From contig CACEHH010000005.1 of the NCBI GenBank assembly GCA_902559345.1, forward strand, positions 578 to 64,577: a stretch of DNA of 64,000 bases. The letters run 5' to 3'. Source of the DNA: an uncultured SAR86 cluster bacterium. Lineage in GTDB: Bacteria; Pseudomonadota; Gammaproteobacteria; Magnimaribacterales; D2472. Position 1 is the first letter of the stretch; every line of letters starts with the position of its first letter. Positions 61,568-64,000 of the stretch are shown one piece after another. A program made the translations under genes and the position numbers. Below the pieces are notes generated by a model. The model did no database searches and had not been told where the DNA came from. It worked only from the letters and a program-made list of their open reading frames with translations.

Positions 61568-62199
61568 TTACTAGTTACTGATTGGTAAGTTAGAGATAGT
61601 CTCGATAGATCAAATGGAGGCCTGAACACTCCAGCAAACTCACCATTGGGATTTAATAAAATAATATTATTAACATGATTATCTAAATGGGAGTGATCCA
61701 TAGAGTCGTTACTTGGCATAACGTTGTTAACAGATAATTGTGTAGCTAGATTTAAGAGCATTGGTCTAGTATTAGAAACTCCGATAAAGTCTTTATCAAA
61801 ACCCTTAGCATATTTATCTATATCTTCAGGAGTATCTCTTTCGGGATCAATAGAAACCAGCACCCATTGTTTGTCTTCCAAAGGATACTCCTTTTCTCTA
61901 AGAATCTTAATTAACCTCGACATCTGATACATGGTTGTAGGGCATTCATCAGGGCATCTAGTAAATCCAAAATACATTAATGTCCATTTCTCGTTTAAGT
62001 CAGATTTATCAAATTCTCTTCCGCTTGCAGAGTAAAAACTAAAATCAGAAATCTGTTTTGGATTCTCAAATAAAAAGAGGCCATTTACTAAAAGCTCGTT
62101 TGTACTAAGGGTTCTTGGCGTTGTTAATTTGTTTATAAAAAGTGTCAAAACAACAAATATAAATAAAGCTATTAGAAGTATATTTCTCTTTATGGTCAT
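61564..62199 (-). CDS. SCO1/SenC copper chaperone
   Basis: FGFTRCPDECP (CxxxC), SIDPERD and a conserved His; next to ctaB and ctaA. Confidence 0.93.
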   Translation of the reverse strand: MTIKRNILLIALFIFVVLTLFINKLTTPRTLSTNELLVNGLFLFENPKQISDFSFYSASGREFDKSDLNEKWTLMYFGFTRCPDECPTTMYQMSRLIKILREKEYPLEDKQWVLVSIDPERDTPEDIDKYAKGFDKDFIGVSNTRPMLLNLATQLSVNNVMPSNDSMDHSHLDNHVNNIILLNPNGEFAGVFRPPFDLSRLSLTYQSVTSN

Positions 62200-63065
62200 T
62201 AGTTTGAAATTAAAAAGTGGTCTATTAGCAAAGCTAAAAATATTAAAAATATATAATAAATAGAGAATTGAAAGGTCTTCATGGCATCCTCATCGTCTTT
62301 GCTGAAATAAAGATTAACAGAGTAATATAAAAATACAGTGCTCAATACTAATGCAGAAAAAAGATATATTTCTCCAGACATTAATACCACATAAGGCAAT
62401 ACGCTTACTATAAATAAAATGACTGTGTATAAGACGATTTGTAATTTTGTAAAGATGACTCCATGAGTTACAGGCAGCATAGGTATCGACTCTTTGGCAT
62501 ATTCATCTTTTCTATAAATTGCTAGTGCCCAAAAATGCGGAGGGGTCCAAACAAAAATTATCAATACAAGCAAGAGAGCGTATGGGTCTATAGTGTTTGT
62601 TACAGATGACCAGCCAAGTAGAGGTGGCGCAGCGCCTGCCAAACCGCCAATTACAATATTTTGTGGTGTAGCTCTTTTTAAGTAAATTGTATAAATAAAA
62701 GCATAGCCCACAAGAGATGCTAGCGTTAAGATCATTGTAAGGGTGTTAACAAAAAAATATAAAATTAAGGAGCCTGATATTCCAAGAGCCAAGGCAAACA
62801 TAGATGCGTGGGTTGGTGAGAGCTCTCCTTGAGGCAGAGGTCTTTGATCTGTTCTTGTCATCGATGCATCAGTATTTCTATCTATTACCTGATTAACTGC
62901 TGCTGCAGATGCTGCACAAAAAGCTATCCCCAATAAAGCTACAAATAAGTATCTAAAAGACTGAACTTGTTGTTCCGCTAACAACATTCCAACAAAAGCA
63001 CATATAAGCATCATATAGACCACATTTGGTTTACATAGCTGATAGTAACTTTTTAAAAGTGTCAT
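62199..63065 (-). CDS. ctaB: Protoheme IX farnesyltransferase (heme o synthase)
   Basis: LCKPNVV, NQVIDRNTDASMTRTDQRPLPQG, WTPPHFWALA and DEYAKESIPMLPV. Confidence 0.95.
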   Translation of the reverse strand: MTLLKSYYQLCKPNVVYMMLICAFVGMLLAEQQVQSFRYLFVALLGIAFCAASAAAVNQVIDRNTDASMTRTDQRPLPQGELSPTHASMFALALGISGSLILYFFVNTLTMILTLASLVGYAFIYTIYLKRATPQNIVIGGLAGAAPPLLGWSSVTNTIDPYALLLVLIIFVWTPPHFWALAIYRKDEYAKESIPMLPVTHGVIFTKLQIVLYTVILFIVSVLPYVVLMSGEIYLFSALVLSTVFLYYSVNLYFSKDDEDAMKTFQFSIYYIFLIFLALLIDHFLISN

Positions 63066-64000
63066 TTTTTCCAAGCTAGATAGTTAATTGTAAAAGTCGC
63101 AAGAAGCAACAATGCTGCGACTAGGTTATGAGCTATTGCAACATACAAAGGTAATACATATACAACATTAATTATCCCAAGAGTTATTTGTGTTAATAAT
63201 AAAATGCCCAAAGTTGAAGCTAATGGGGCTGCATCAGAAAACCAGAGCCTAGACATTAGTATTAAAAATATTAACGTTAGTAATAAAGCGGAGACTCTGT
63301 GTGAATAATGAATGGCCACTCTCGCTGGATTATCCAACAAGCCATACAAATAATTGGGCCCAACTTCTTGATTGAGGTTAAATCCATTTTTAAAGTCCAT
63401 CTCAGGCATATAGCTTCCTTGGCAAGTAGGAAAATCTGCGCATGCTAGAGAGGCATAGTTAGTGCTAGTCCAAACCCCAAGAAAAATTTGAAAAATTAAT
63501 ACGCCAAATGCTATCGAGGCTATAACTTTTAAATTTGAAATATTAATTTGATTAAATATCTCAAAATTACGAGACTTTAAATAGATAAAATACAAAAGCA
63601 TAAGGGTTGCAAACCCGCCAAAAAGATGTGTTGTAACAATTATAGGTAATAGTTTAAGGCTAACTGTTAAATAACCAAATAAGCCTTGGCAACATATAAG
63701 TATCAAAAGAAAAATAGTCCATCTTTGGATGGATTTATTGTTTGTTTTTTCAGACGAGAGAAAAACTAGCAGAATTGCTATAAAACCTAGTGCAGCAGCA
63801 AAAAGCCTATGAACTTGTTCTGGTATTGCTTTGTTAATGTCATATGGATATGTTGGGAATCTGCTTTCTGCTATGGCTATCTCTACCTCATCATTCGGCC
63901 AAAAAACAAACCCATAGCAACCAGGCCAGTCTGGGCATCCCAAGCCTGCATCAACCAATCGAGTCCATGCGCCCAAGGCAATAACTACAAATGCCATACA
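63062..64000 (-). CDS. ctaA: Heme A synthase (COX15/CtaA), 5' end beyond the window edge
   Basis: LGAWTRLVDAGLGCPDWPGCYG, EQVHR, ACADFPTC, IHYSHR and AHN. Confidence 0.93.
   Translation of the reverse strand, partial: CMAFVVIALGAWTRLVDAGLGCPDWPGCYGFVFWPNDEVEIAIAESRFPTYPYDINKAIPEQVHRLFAAALGFIAILLVFLSSEKTNNKSIQRWTIFLLILICCQGLFGYLTVSLKLLPIIVTTHLFGGFATLMLLYFIYLKSRNFEIFNQINISNLKVIASIAFGVLIFQIFLGVWTSTNYASLACADFPTCQGSYMPEMDFKNGFNLNQEVGPNYLYGLLDNPARVAIHYSHRVSALLLTLIFLILMSRLWFSDAAPLASTLGILLLTQITLGIINVVYVLPLYVAIAHNLVAALLLLATFTINYLAWKK

Noticed and set aside
1-64000. tRNA, rRNA, CRISPR arrays, IS elements, defence systems
   Set aside because: No cloverleaf-like segments, repeat-spacer arrays, transposases or defence-type ORFs seen; intergenic space is too small to hide them apart from the elements reported.

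Overview
AT-rich, very densely packed bacterial chromosome segment with many 1-4 nt gene overlaps. Gene content and order point to a genome-streamlined marine gammaproteobacterium, probably SAR86-like (inference, not verified). Most genes are housekeeping: pcnB, acs, tsaE-amiB, priA, rpmE2, dut, rpmB, pepP, zapA-6S RNA-ygfA, ilvA, rpiA, a fadB/J-type gene, miaB-phoH-ybeY-corC-lnt, orn, rsgA, ubiEJB-tatABC, tkt-pgk-fba, metK-ahcY, dapF-xerC, dsbA-cyt c4-engB-polA, dsbB, pckA, gshA and sco-ctaB-ctaA. I saw no mobile elements, CRISPR arrays, tRNAs or rRNAs. Best leads: (1) a protein with a cytochrome c5-type N-terminal anchor fused to a pseudoazurin copper domain instead of a heme domain; (2) an unannotated promoter, two-hairpin RNA with an anti-Shine-Dalgarno loop, and 28-aa ORF upstream of glutathione peroxidase; (3) an unannotated LptM/YifL lipoprotein with a 9-residue mature part; (4) a Coq4-like gene in a window where only a UbiI-type hydroxylase remains at the pepP locus; (5) an outer-membrane gene split by a frameshift in an A8 run; (6) a HexR-like box and a perfect 18-bp palindrome at central-metabolism promoters. 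All family calls rest on motif recognition and remembered synteny, not database searches.
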